Positions 8,288 to 18,760 of a stretch of 39,878 bases of DNA are shown piece after piece (position 1 is the first letter of the stretch; each line of letters opens with the position of its first letter). This stretch comes from a virus. Its lineage: Duplodnaviria > Caudoviricetes. The DNA lies in IMG/VR virus record IMGVR_UViG_3300007778_000013, positions 1-39,878 of that record. One strand, written 5' to 3'. Under the pieces are notes generated by a model. That model saw nothing but the letters and a program-made list of their open reading frames with translations. It ran no database searches and was not told the DNA's origin. The position numbers and the translations under genes are program-made.

Positions 8288-11200
8288 ATGGCTGGTGTCA
8301 AGTTAGATGTAAATTCTGACTCTACCCGTGCGCGGCAAGACCTCTCAAAGCTTAATCAAAAGCTAGCTGAAGTCTTTCGCAGTGCAAACAAGTCAGGAAC
8401 TGCAATCGATAGCATATCCGCTAAACGATTTAAAGATCTTAATAAACCTATAAAAGACTCTACTAAAAACATTAAAGACTTTGGAAAGCAAAGTACTGAA
8501 AGCATGAAGAATGCTTCAAATAGTGCAAATGGCCTAGGGGCTGCACTAAAAGGTACTATTGCCTCTGTTGTTGCATTAGGTAGTGCATTTCTTGCAATTA
8601 AGGGCGCTAATGCTCTAAACAAGACATCTGATGATCTTACTAAGATTGAAAACAAACTAAAGCTTGTTACAAATGGTACAGAGGATCTTATCTCTACATT
8701 TGAAAGACTTAACAAGCAATCACGAGAAAACCGTGTAGATCTTGCAAGTACTACACAGCTATATGTTACACTTCGAAAATCACTTAGCAGTAGCTTAACA
8801 TCTGTAGGTGATATTGAACGTGTAATGAGCATTATTCAAAAGTCTGTTGCCTTATCTGGTGCTTCTGCAGAATCTGCAAAGTCTGCAATTGTACAGTTGG
8901 GTCAGGGTTTATCTGCTGGCGCGCTTCGTGGACAAGAATACTTGTCAGTAATGGAGCAGTTGCCATACACGGCTGACTTGCTTGCCAGAAGTTTTGGCAA
9001 GACTCGTGGAGAGTTAAAGAAACTTGCAGATACAGGACAGATTACTACTGAAGCGATTTTATCAAACTTCCTTAAAATGGAAGCATCGGTAGGTGCTGAT
9101 TTCCAGAAAACAGTTCTTACAGCTGAACAAGCCATAGAACAGATGAATTCTCGTATTTCTCAGTTCTTTGGAAATCTCAATCGTATATCTGGTTTTAGTG
9201 AAGGCTTTTCTAAACGTATTGTTGCTATAACAGATGCTTTTGAGAGAGCCACTTTAAGTCTTATTGCTTTCAGTGGGAGTTCTAAGACAGCTGCAGATAC
9301 ATTTAAGCGTAATTTCTTAAGTTTGACTAATGCTAAAATTGCGTTAGACGCTGTAATGGCATCGCCTATAGACCCTTTTTATGCTTACAGAAAATACACA
9401 GAAACAAAAGAATTACGTGATAATCTTGTAGGCACTAATGCTCTTATAAAAGAGCAAATATCTGAACGCAAGAAGCTCAGAGACTTTGGTGTAACAAATG
9501 AATCTATTGACAGCACTGGTAGCATAGATGCTGAGATTCCTAAAATAGTAACATTCAGATCTGTTGCTATTCAAACCGCAGAAGCCGTAAAAGAGCTGTT
9601 TAGATTCTTCAAAATTACAGCTGTAAATATTTCTCAATATTTTGGTAGTATTCTTACGCCTGTTTACAGATTAATACATCAAGCTGGTATTGCTATTGTT
9701 GACTTCCAGAAGCAGATGGATATTGCTGTAAACCGCTCAGTTGTTCCTTTCTTGAGAGCTATTCAGAATATAAATGAGTATTTAGTATTCTGGGAAAGAG
9801 ATACTAACATTGAGAGAGCTTGGTCTAGGCTATTTCGTTCGGATAGTATTTCAGACTTTGTAACTAATCTGAAATTGCTGAACAATGAGCGAGAGAAAGG
9901 GGCTAGACAAAATTGGGATATTTGGATTGAAGATGCAAATGTCGAATACCTTAAGCTTAAGAAATCTGTAGAAGGCGTATTGATATCATTAAACTTGATG
10001 GATCAGCGTTTCTTCTCTGTAAGATTCTTTCGTGTTGACAAAATTCTTCAAGACTTGCAGACAATTGGCGGAGCTATCAGTACAGTATATCGTGACGTAT
10101 TCAAAACATATGTTGATCGCTATACAACATTAGCACTTAACACTATTAAGCTGAACTTGTCTGTAATTGTAGAGTATTTTACAGATCGCTTTGGTGACAA
10201 TGTTGCAAAAGGTATCGGTGGTATTCTTGGCAGTTTTATTGTAACTGTTCTTCAAGGTATTAGGGCTGCTGTTATTCAAGGGACAAGTCTATTAAAAGAC
10301 ATTTTTACACTTGAAGGCAGTCTTGAAATTGATTACCGAGACTTCTTTAAAGTATTTGAATTCATCAAGAGTCTATTTACGTCTTTTGCAAGCACTATTT
10401 ATAAGGGTTTAGATCTAGGTAGTCTAGTTGAAGATTTAATCTTAAAGCCGCTAGCTAGTGCAAAGGTTGCAGTCCATGGCTTTATGCAAAGAATGGCAAA
10501 AACTATAGGCGATCTTTCTTTCAATAAAGCATTAGAAGCCGTTAAATCATTTACTCAGAAAGTAAAAGACTATTTCTTTGATGTGTATGATGCTGTTGTA
10601 GGTAACTCTTATTGGCCTGATCTTGTTGACGGTGTAAATAATAAAGCAAATGAACTTATTTCTGGTGAAAGTCGTGTTGCAAGATTTGCCGCAACTATAA
10701 AGAATACTTTTAGAAGTCTAGATCAGACGGTTGGTAATCTATTTACTAATCTGATTGCTAGAGTCAGTTCAGTAGTTTCTACAATTTCTACGGCAAACTG
10801 GACAGGTATCGCCAAAGAGCTCTCATCTAATTTGAGTGCAGCTTTCATATCAGCTTTCCTTATTACAAGACAAAGTGTTATAGCTAAACTGGGAGGAACA
10901 CTGTTCTTTAGCGGCTTGTTTGATATTTCAGCCAACAATGAAAAGAACCCGTTCTTAAATCAAACACTAGCTATTTCTGATAGTGTTATTCAGTCGTTTA
11001 CAGAAAACCTGTTGAAAGGTCTTTCTAATGCCTTTACAACAATAGTTACAGCACTACCTACTCTGTTTAGTAGTATATTTAGTAGCTTTGGTTTGTTTGG
11101 AAATATCCTAGATGGTATTATTAGAACTTTGACTCTGAACTATAACGTAATTATTACAGGGGCAATAGGCGCTCTTATAACTTACATATTGTTTGCTGAA

Positions 11201-14200
11201 AAGAAACTCAAAGCTCTTCAAGTTGTAGCTTACAATGCTATAGATGCTTGGAGAGGCGTGCTACCTAGAATTGCTACAATAGGCGGTGTTAACTTTAATG
11301 CTCTAGGTATTGCCTCTATTGCAGCTTTTGCCTCAGGTCTTCTTGACGGTATATCAGCAAGTCAAGCCATCATAGGTGGAATAGGATTAGCATTAGCATC
11401 TGCACTAGGTGGTAAAGGCTTTGCGCGTTTGGTGTTTACAGCAGGCGGTGAGATAGGTACTGCAATTGCAAAATCTATCACGAGAATGTTGCTTGGACAA
11501 GGGGCTATAGATTCAATTGCAAAAGCTTGGGAATCTTTGCTTAGTCGTGGTGCTGCAAAAGCAGATCCTTTGAAAAAGTTCAGTAGTTTCAAGAGAGATA
11601 GCTTCAAGAAATCTCTTGACAGATACATTAGACGCTTTAAGCAAGATACTGCAAAATATGCTGATGGCGCTATTTCATTGACTGATCTGTTACTTGGTGA
11701 TCCTAAGAAATTTGGATCATTTGCAGGGCTGTCATCACAGTTCAAGCGAGCCTTTAACATAAAACCTGTAGGTCTTGACAATCTGCGAAAGTCATTAGAC
11801 AAGCTAAAAGTTACGTCTAAAGCTGTGCTTGTAGACGGTTTAATTAGCTCTGTTTCTGATTTCGGCGCAGTACTTCGCAGAGTTTCTGGAACAGCACTGG
11901 CCAATTTTGTAACAAGTCTCAATGGCATGTTTGGGCTTATTCGTGGAAATCTAAGTCTAATTTTGATTACAGGTGGCTTGTTCTCTACATTTGCCTTTGC
12001 AAGCGATGGAGCATCTACAGCTATTGCTGATCTTGTTAGTGAAGCTGGAAAACTTGTAGTACTCACGACTGTTCTAGGTGCAGCTGTTGCATCTGTAAAA
12101 GTTCTAGGTTCTAGTTTTGCTGCCTTTGGTTCGGCTTATAAAGCTTTTGCACAACAAAACTTTGCAGAACTTTGGGAGCAAGCAGCTCCACAAAGGGAAG
12201 TTAAGCTAAATACTCTAAGAGCAGTATTTGGAGATAACCCTGAAATTATTTCTAGTGAATATGAAGCTTACCTCCAGGCTCAGAAGGCAGCTATTCAACG
12301 TGAAGCTAAGAGTGGTGCCTTTGTAGTAGGCGCTAAAGCTGCTGTAGAAGAATTTAGAACAGGTATGGCCAAGGCCTTTGGACCATTCCAGACTGTTGTT
12401 CGAAATATTTCTAACGGCATGTTTGCTTTGATTGGCGGTATTGGTGCCTTTTATGAGAAACTAGCAGCTGCAATTGTAGTGTCTGCAAGGGCAGTTAAAG
12501 CAGGTTTTGGCGGTCTTAGCGGAGTTCTTACTGATCTCAAAACATTGTTTGAGGGTGTCAGGACACTAAGTCTTGGTGCGGCTATCTCTGATATTAGAGG
12601 TCGTAGAGCAGAACGTGCATCAGTAGCAACTGCAGCCGCAGCGGGTGCTGGTCTTGGCGAAGTTATCTCAGATGCATTCTCCTTGAAACGTTTGAAGGAC
12701 TTTGGAAATGCTCTAAAGTCTACAGTAGGTGCAATCGTATCAACTCTTGGCGCAATTGGCTCTAATATTAAAGGGTTGTTCTTAGGCATACTCTCAGTAA
12801 TAGGTTCGCTGGGTAAAGCTCTCTTAGGTCTTGTTTCACCGTTTATTCTAAAAATTGCAGCTGTAGCTGGCGGAGCTGGTCTCTTAGCTGTAGCTTTCTT
12901 TGGAACAGGTGAGACCTTCTTTGAGAAATTACAGAATGCTTATGATGGTGCTAGAGCGCTTATTGGATTAGCTCCTACAGGTCGTGTAGCTCGTGAGAAG
13001 GAAATTTTAGGTGGCTTTGATTCCAGACAGATTGGCGATTATTTCTTAAACTTTGGTGGTCTTCAAGACACTATCGATTTTGAAGAGCTTACTGTTAAAC
13101 AATATGAATTGCTAAAAGAATATGGCAATACTGTTGCTGAAGCTGTAAACTCGGCTGAACGTGAAGCATTTAGAAACAATGAAAAGCTTTCTCAAGAAAC
13201 TAAAAAGTCTCTTGACAGAACTGTAAAAGACTATATCCGTTTCTTATCAAAGCTTCCTGTTCGCGAAGGTCTTGAACGAACTTCTTTCTTCTCTGCGGCT
13301 AATATTACAGGTCAGGAAGAACAAAATAGTTTTATTCAAAGATTGCTAAGACTTTCAGGGTCTAATAGGGGTAGAGCTATAGGAGCTATTCCTGAAGATA
13401 CAGTATTTGACGGTATATCTAGACAAATTGATGCTATATTTAATAGCAGCTACATTTCTAATGTAGGAAAGACTCTTGATAATGCCATCTTGGATCCTCT
13501 TAGAGGGCTGGGCGGTGTACTAGACGGTCTTATTGAAGGGATTGCTAATATTGGTGTCGCTCCTATAGATGTGGCATTAATTAGACTTCAAAAGGATCTG
13601 AAGGGATATAGTGAATCTCTTACTAAGAATCAAGCATTCATTTCTCAGGAAGAATCAGCTAAGTTAAAAGAAGCCAATGATGCACTTGTAAAAGTCCTCA
13701 AAGAGCGTGATAGGTTTAAGACTTTAGTTAGACCTGATTCGGATGACTTTGCAGCTGCACAAGCTTATGACGATCAGCTTAAGTTACTTGATACTCGTGT
13801 TCAATTAGCAATAGATGCGCTAGGTAAATCTGCTTCTGAAATTACAGCTATTGCTGAAAACAGAAGTATTATAGAACCTTTGCAAACGCTTTATAAAACA
13901 TTTATTGATGATATTGGCAAGGGCTTAAGTTTAGACTTTGGTGATGTCGGTCAAAACTTCTTTGGCGGTGCTTTAGGCAAAGAGATACTTACAGGTCTCA
14001 AGAAAACCAGAGATGCTATTGACACTCGTGTTAAAGATAATGCATTGCAATTTGTTGCAGAATCTGGTGAAGTTGATTTTGATGCGTATTTGGATGCTGT
14101 AACTAAAGCTAATATTGATGCTGCTAGAATAAACAGATTAGCAGCGGCAGAGTCTGGTAGACAGACTGCTGAAGCTTTTGCTGATAGCTACCTCAGTGCA

Positions 14201-17200
14201 ATTCAGAAGAGAACTTCAGAGCTAGGTTTCTCAGATACTACGCTAAAGCGTTTATTATCAAGAGAAGGTCCAAGAGAAGAGATATCAGGAATTGTAAATG
14301 CAATTGATATCTTAGAAGCTAGAATGGCGAATGTTGATCTGGGTTCGAGAGAATGGGGTGTATTAAATGATGCTATTCTCAACCTTCGTGGTGAACTAGT
14401 TAAACAATTGCCTTCTTATGGTCTAGTTCAAGATATTGAAACTTTGACATCTAAACTGGGTATTGGTAATATTTCTAATGATGTTATAGCTAATTTAGAA
14501 ACAAATGATCTTAAACAATTTAATGATCAATTAGCTGTAACTCTTCAAGCCAGAGAAAAGCTTAGAAATGTACAAAATAGGATTCAAGGTGGCGATGTAA
14601 TTCCTGAAGAGGAATTAGCCGCTCTCAAAGAATACAATAATTCTCTGAGAGAATCTAATAATGCACTTCTGCAGCTTAATATTACTTCTGCACAAGGTGC
14701 TATACAGAAACTACCATTTGGTGAAGGTGCTGTAGAAGTTTCTAGAATCTTTAATACAGAGATACCTAACGCTGTTGCTCAAAGCGAATCTAAGCTGAAT
14801 GAATGGGCTGCATTGTTTGTTTCCAAGCAAGAGTATATTCTTGCTATGTCTGAGGCTAAGTCTGCGGAGGCTGTAAGAAATCTTGCGCTTGCTCTCGATT
14901 ATGTAAATAATCGTTTAGACAAATTAGCCGAAAAGATAACTTCTAGCCGTTACTTGTCCTTTGACATGCAACTCGGCTTTGACTTAAATGAAGCTCAACT
15001 TGCTAGTAAGATCTCTTCTGCAAAACCTCTAATTGATAGTGTTATCGAAGAGCAGGAATTGCGTCAAAATAAGCTTCTCTCTAGCGTAGGTCTTCAAGAG
15101 AGCCTGAGACGTGAACAGGAAGCACTAGATGGACTCTTTAATCTTTACAAAAGCGAACTTGGAAAATCTGGACAAGGTGTTGTATCTGTCTTGAATGACA
15201 TAGGTGTAACATCTGCAAGAGCTATTGCTCAGGCTTCGCCTAAGATTATTGATCAAATTGTTCAAAATAAAGCAGAAATATTGGCTTTAACAAGAACTCT
15301 ACAGGGCGAACTTACCAATGAAGAGCTCAAGGCTAACCAAGATCGTATATCTCAATTAGAGAAACAAAATGAGCGTTATGCTCGCACTCTAAATGAGAGC
15401 TACACAACAAGAGTTGGTCGTCTTTCAGATCTTTTGAGCAATATAACCTCTGAACAAGTCTATGCTAGGGCTACTGCAGGTTTCAGACGTATCTTTGATA
15501 CCGCAGGATTGTATCTAGAAGACTTAAGAAAAGATCTTGAATATGGATTAATCTCTGAAAATACATTCCAGGGTGTTGTTGATAGTGTAACACCTCTTCT
15601 TTCTGTGCTAAATAAAGTACAAACTGCACTAACAGCCGTTGCGGATGCATCAAAACAGGGCTTTAAGTCTGCCTTTGATTCTATCCAATCTTCGCTGAAC
15701 TTAGTGTCAGAAGAGCTTTTAGCATTTACTAGAATTGGTGCCAATACTCGTGAAGAGATGACTAGACAAGCCACTGCTCTGAATGAGATCTTTGAGATTT
15801 CTCAGATGCAAGATTTGCCTCGTGCTGTCTCAGATGCGATATCTAAAGGCAATTTCGATAATGCTCCTGAACTGCTTGCTAGTATTCAGGCAGCAATGGA
15901 AGGCATTTTTGGTGAGAATGTATTTGCTAGTCCCTTAGACAATAATACAAAGGCCATAAAAGATCTAACTGCAGCAATTCTAGGAAAACCGATTGTAAGT
16001 GCAACTGCTAAGACAGGCAATTTACAAACTAGTCCTGAAGGAACTAATGTCAAATCTACTGCAAATATTAGTGCTAAAGATATTGAAATAGCACCTGTAG
16101 ATGCTGCTGCGGTTGCTCGCAAAGTTGCAGTTGCGGGAATAAACAGCAGTTACAAGCTTCTTCAAGAAACAGCAGATAAGAGCGGATCACTGTTTAGTCA
16201 AGTAAGAACTTACTTAGACTTCTTAAATATTGATTCCTCTAAACTCGATCTTGCTGATGCTGGAAGACTTCGGGATATTTCTTCAGCTGTCGGTGATGCA
16301 ATTTCTATCAATAAAGAACTTGGCTTAGCTATTGCTAATAATTCGCCTGATGTTCAAAGATTGACAAGAGATGCCAGAGAAGCCAGTAACAGGCTATCAG
16401 AACTATCTTCTAGTATTAGGGATCTTGGTGCTGATACTGTTGCAGCTGGCAAAGACTTTTCAGAAGACATGAAGGACAGTATTAAAGGCGGTCTTTCAGA
16501 TGCTATTAAAGGAAAGACTAGTTTTGCTGAATTTGGTGAAATTCTTTTAGACAAGTTTACAAGCAATGTTATTGATACGTTTGTAAGCGGTCTTGTAGAT
16601 AATGTCTTTGATAATTTCTTAGAAGATTTCTTCTCTGGAATAGGTAGTGGTCAATATGGTCTTGGTGATTCTGTTGGCAAATCTGTATCTGACTCATTTA
16701 TCGGTACTTTCTTTGAAGATGTTACTAATCAAATGAAAGTTGGATTTTCAGATACTGCGAATGAAATTACAGGGATTTCTTTCTTTGATACGTTGCTAGG
16801 TTTCCTAAATACAGGATTTAGTGGTCTTGTAAATGGTGTTAGCAAACTGTTTGGAGGAAGTGGCGGATTTGACCTGCTTGGGTCTATTGGTGGTTTCTTT
16901 GGCTTTGGAGGCGGTGGCGGTGGTGCCATGACTGGAGGTGCGGCATTAGACACTGCATTTGGTATTTCAGGCCTTGCTACAGGCGGTTACGTAAGAGGTC
17001 CAGGTTCAGCCACTTCTGATAGTATTATGGCTATGTTGTCTAATGGTGAATTTGTAATAAATTCTAAGGCAACAAAGGCTTGGCTACCTCTACTTGAGCA
17101 GATCAATCGTGGTGCTTTGCCTAAATTTGCAGAGGGTGGTATGGTTGGCTACTCAAGCAGTCTTGCTAACATTGCTCCAGAAAAATCGGAAAGCTCTTCT

Positions 17201-17329
17201 GAAAATGTTGTAGTTAATATTAATATTACAGGAGATATCTCAAAACAGACTCGTAGAGAAGTCTTGGGCATGTCTAATGAAATTGCTAACATGGTTCATG
17301 GTAGCTTCAGAGAAAAGAGGATACTCTAA
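8288..17329 (+). CDS. Tail tape measure protein (3013 aa)
   Basis: Tape-measure domain IVQLGQGLSAGALRGQEYLSVMEQLP, hydrophobic middle, C-terminal ATGGYVRGPGSATSDSIMAMLSNGEFVIN and FAEGG motifs; follows G/GT chaperones. Confidence 0.92.
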   Translation: MAGVKLDVNSDSTRARQDLSKLNQKLAEVFRSANKSGTAIDSISAKRFKDLNKPIKDSTKNIKDFGKQSTESMKNASNSANGLGAALKGTIASVVALGSAFLAIKGANALNKTSDDLTKIENKLKLVTNGTEDLISTFERLNKQSRENRVDLASTTQLYVTLRKSLSSSLTSVGDIERVMSIIQKSVALSGASAESAKSAIVQLGQGLSAGALRGQEYLSVMEQLPYTADLLARSFGKTRGELKKLADTGQITTEAILSNFLKMEASVGADFQKTVLTAEQAIEQMNSRISQFFGNLNRISGFSEGFSKRIVAITDAFERATLSLIAFSGSSKTAADTFKRNFLSLTNAKIALDAVMASPIDPFYAYRKYTETKELRDNLVGTNALIKEQISERKKLRDFGVTNESIDSTGSIDAEIPKIVTFRSVAIQTAEAVKELFRFFKITAVNISQYFGSILTPVYRLIHQAGIAIVDFQKQMDIAVNRSVVPFLRAIQNINEYLVFWERDTNIERAWSRLFRSDSISDFVTNLKLLNNEREKGARQNWDIWIEDANVEYLKLKKSVEGVLISLNLMDQRFFSVRFFRVDKILQDLQTIGGAISTVYRDVFKTYVDRYTTLALNTIKLNLSVIVEYFTDRFGDNVAKGIGGILGSFIVTVLQGIRAAVIQGTSLLKDIFTLEGSLEIDYRDFFKVFEFIKSLFTSFASTIYKGLDLGSLVEDLILKPLASAKVAVHGFMQRMAKTIGDLSFNKALEAVKSFTQKVKDYFFDVYDAVVGNSYWPDLVDGVNNKANELISGESRVARFAATIKNTFRSLDQTVGNLFTNLIARVSSVVSTISTANWTGIAKELSSNLSAAFISAFLITRQSVIAKLGGTLFFSGLFDISANNEKNPFLNQTLAISDSVIQSFTENLLKGLSNAFTTIVTALPTLFSSIFSSFGLFGNILDGIIRTLTLNYNVIITGAIGALITYILFAEKKLKALQVVAYNAIDAWRGVLPRIATIGGVNFNALGIASIAAFASGLLDGISASQAIIGGIGLALASALGGKGFARLVFTAGGEIGTAIAKSITRMLLGQGAIDSIAKAWESLLSRGAAKADPLKKFSSFKRDSFKKSLDRYIRRFKQDTAKYADGAISLTDLLLGDPKKFGSFAGLSSQFKRAFNIKPVGLDNLRKSLDKLKVTSKAVLVDGLISSVSDFGAVLRRVSGTALANFVTSLNGMFGLIRGNLSLILITGGLFSTFAFASDGASTAIADLVSEAGKLVVLTTVLGAAVASVKVLGSSFAAFGSAYKAFAQQNFAELWEQAAPQREVKLNTLRAVFGDNPEIISSEYEAYLQAQKAAIQREAKSGAFVVGAKAAVEEFRTGMAKAFGPFQTVVRNISNGMFALIGGIGAFYEKLAAAIVVSARAVKAGFGGLSGVLTDLKTLFEGVRTLSLGAAISDIRGRRAERASVATAAAAGAGLGEVISDAFSLKRLKDFGNALKSTVGAIVSTLGAIGSNIKGLFLGILSVIGSLGKALLGLVSPFILKIAAVAGGAGLLAVAFFGTGETFFEKLQNAYDGARALIGLAPTGRVAREKEILGGFDSRQIGDYFLNFGGLQDTIDFEELTVKQYELLKEYGNTVAEAVNSAEREAFRNNEKLSQETKKSLDRTVKDYIRFLSKLPVREGLERTSFFSAANITGQEEQNSFIQRLLRLSGSNRGRAIGAIPEDTVFDGISRQIDAIFNSSYISNVGKTLDNAILDPLRGLGGVLDGLIEGIANIGVAPIDVALIRLQKDLKGYSESLTKNQAFISQEESAKLKEANDALVKVLKERDRFKTLVRPDSDDFAAAQAYDDQLKLLDTRVQLAIDALGKSASEITAIAENRSIIEPLQTLYKTFIDDIGKGLSLDFGDVGQNFFGGALGKEILTGLKKTRDAIDTRVKDNALQFVAESGEVDFDAYLDAVTKANIDAARINRLAAAESGRQTAEAFADSYLSAIQKRTSELGFSDTTLKRLLSREGPREEISGIVNAIDILEARMANVDLGSREWGVLNDAILNLRGELVKQLPSYGLVQDIETLTSKLGIGNISNDVIANLETNDLKQFNDQLAVTLQAREKLRNVQNRIQGGDVIPEEELAALKEYNNSLRESNNALLQLNITSAQGAIQKLPFGEGAVEVSRIFNTEIPNAVAQSESKLNEWAALFVSKQEYILAMSEAKSAEAVRNLALALDYVNNRLDKLAEKITSSRYLSFDMQLGFDLNEAQLASKISSAKPLIDSVIEEQELRQNKLLSSVGLQESLRREQEALDGLFNLYKSELGKSGQGVVSVLNDIGVTSARAIAQASPKIIDQIVQNKAEILALTRTLQGELTNEELKANQDRISQLEKQNERYARTLNESYTTRVGRLSDLLSNITSEQVYARATAGFRRIFDTAGLYLEDLRKDLEYGLISENTFQGVVDSVTPLLSVLNKVQTALTAVADASKQGFKSAFDSIQSSLNLVSEELLAFTRIGANTREEMTRQATALNEIFEISQMQDLPRAVSDAISKGNFDNAPELLASIQAAMEGIFGENVFASPLDNNTKAIKDLTAAILGKPIVSATAKTGNLQTSPEGTNVKSTANISAKDIEIAPVDAAAVARKVAVAGINSSYKLLQETADKSGSLFSQVRTYLDFLNIDSSKLDLADAGRLRDISSAVGDAISINKELGLAIANNSPDVQRLTRDAREASNRLSELSSSIRDLGADTVAAGKDFSEDMKDSIKGGLSDAIKGKTSFAEFGEILLDKFTSNVIDTFVSGLVDNVFDNFLEDFFSGIGSGQYGLGDSVGKSVSDSFIGTFFEDVTNQMKVGFSDTANEITGISFFDTLLGFLNTGFSGLVNGVSKLFGGSGGFDLLGSIGGFFGFGGGGGGAMTGGAALDTAFGISGLATGGYVRGPGSATSDSIMAMLSNGEFVINSKATKAWLPLLEQINRGALPKFAEGGMVGYSSSLANIAPEKSESSSENVVVNINITGDISKQTRREVLGMSNEIANMVHGSFREKRIL

Positions 17330-17935
17330 ATGCCAAAACTGTTTGATAAATATCAGTACCTAACTCCATTGAGTGTCACTTCTAAGGAGTCTGTGCTTTT
17401 GTCAGACAGTATTAACTTAAAACGAAAGGCAGTCAGGAAGGCTGCCCAACGTTTTGAATTTGTTATTACTGTAAAGGGTGGCAAAGATGACTCTTTAAAT
17501 AGCGACCTTATGGCTCACTATATGAAATATTCTTTGGATCTACCTTTTTATATAGATGTCCCTCAGCATCTATATACTGAAAAAAGCATATTAGGCAGCA
17601 ACATCTCTGTAAGTAATTCTCAAAATAGAGGAGTGTCTGCTCTGGCAATTTCTTCTAACTTCCCATTTAATATCCCTGCAGGGCGTTTCATAACTTTTGA
17701 AGGTAGCGATAAGTTGTATTCTGTGACAGAGGCTGTTGAGGGTGAATACTCTAGCGGTTCCTATATTGGTACTTTGAATATAAGTCCACCATTACAGACA
17801 ACTATCTCAGCTGCAACCAAAGTAGAAATTGAAGATGTAAAGGCGCTTGTCTTCAATGAAGTTGACAATGCTGTTTTCAACTATAGTGGTGGTATTGTTC
17901 AAGAAGCTTCTTTAAAATTTGTAGAAAATGTCTAA
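17330..17935 (+). CDS. Putative distal tail protein
   Basis: Directly after tape measure; LNISPPLQ motif; beta-rich. Confidence 0.6.
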   Translation: MPKLFDKYQYLTPLSVTSKESVLLSDSINLKRKAVRKAAQRFEFVITVKGGKDDSLNSDLMAHYMKYSLDLPFYIDVPQHLYTEKSILGSNISVSNSQNRGVSALAISSNFPFNIPAGRFITFEGSDKLYSVTEAVEGEYSSGSYIGTLNISPPLQTTISAATKVEIEDVKALVFNEVDNAVFNYSGGIVQEASLKFVENV

Positions 17936-18215
17936 TAGCAATTTTAAGATATATTGGGATTTAGACAAAAAAGGCAGGTATAACATACATTGCTTGGTAT
18001 ATGCTTGGAGTCCCTCTGTCAAGAGGGAACTCCTTGCTACTGCCAAACAATTGGCTAAAGAAAATAGTTATCCTACTGTCTTTTGCGTTATTCCTTTCGA
18101 TGATAAGAAACTACATAAGTTTGTTTCAATGCTTAATTTTAAAAGAGTAACTAATCTCCGTAGTGGCGATCATTACTCTACAGTTTACAGGTTGAATACA
18201 AAATGCTTCAAATAG
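17928..18215 (+). CDS. Hypothetical protein, possible GNAT-fold
   Basis: 95 aa overlapping both neighbours; VFCVIPFDDKKLHKFVSMLNFK resembles a GNAT C-terminal motif. Confidence 0.45.
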   Translation: MSNSNFKIYWDLDKKGRYNIHCLVYAWSPSVKRELLATAKQLAKENSYPTVFCVIPFDDKKLHKFVSMLNFKRVTNLRSGDHYSTVYRLNTKCFK

Positions 18216-18760
18216 ATTCAGGACTTTTGTCCTTGATACAACAAGGCGTTGTATCTACATTCGTAACTGTAAAGATCTCTACAGATGCTTTGACAATAAA
18301 GGTAACAGATAATTCTTATGATGTTACTTACAATAGCGAAACATATAGTGCTTCAGGAGGTCTTCTGTCAGTTACACCTCCAGGTTCGTCATCCGAATTA
18401 TCTCGGGATATATTCAACATATCAGTACTAGACCCAGATAATGCATACAGGGTTGCTTTGATTGAAGCTATTGCGGCACCCGTTGAAGTAATGGCTGGCT
18501 TTATAGATATTACAACAGGTGGCATATACCCTGTTTACCTGCATGTGTACAAAGGTATAATTAACAATGTCTCTTGGGAGATTTCAGATGATTCTCCAAT
18601 TGTAAATATTTCTTGTAGTGGTCAATTTGCTAAATTGAAGCATATTACGAATATTACTACTTCACAGCAAAGCAGACAGAATTTGTTTCCAAATGATACA
18701 TCTATGAATTTAGCTTATGACTCGACAAATGAAGTTACATTAAAATGGGGTAGTTCATAA
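18203..18760 (+). CDS. Putative tail tip/hub protein
   Basis: VTYNSETYSASGGLLSV...VYKGIIN...QNLFPNDT...LKWG pattern of siphovirus minor tail proteins. Confidence 0.6.
   Translation: MLQIDSGLLSLIQQGVVSTFVTVKISTDALTIKVTDNSYDVTYNSETYSASGGLLSVTPPGSSSELSRDIFNISVLDPDNAYRVALIEAIAAPVEVMAGFIDITTGGIYPVYLHVYKGIINNVSWEISDDSPIVNISCSGQFAKLKHITNITTSQQSRQNLFPNDTSMNLAYDSTNEVTLKWGSS

Noticed and set aside
8356-16953. Many minus-strand ORFs opposite the tape measure (and elsewhere in the window)
   Set aside because: Antisense shadows of long + strand genes; no RBS or motifs.
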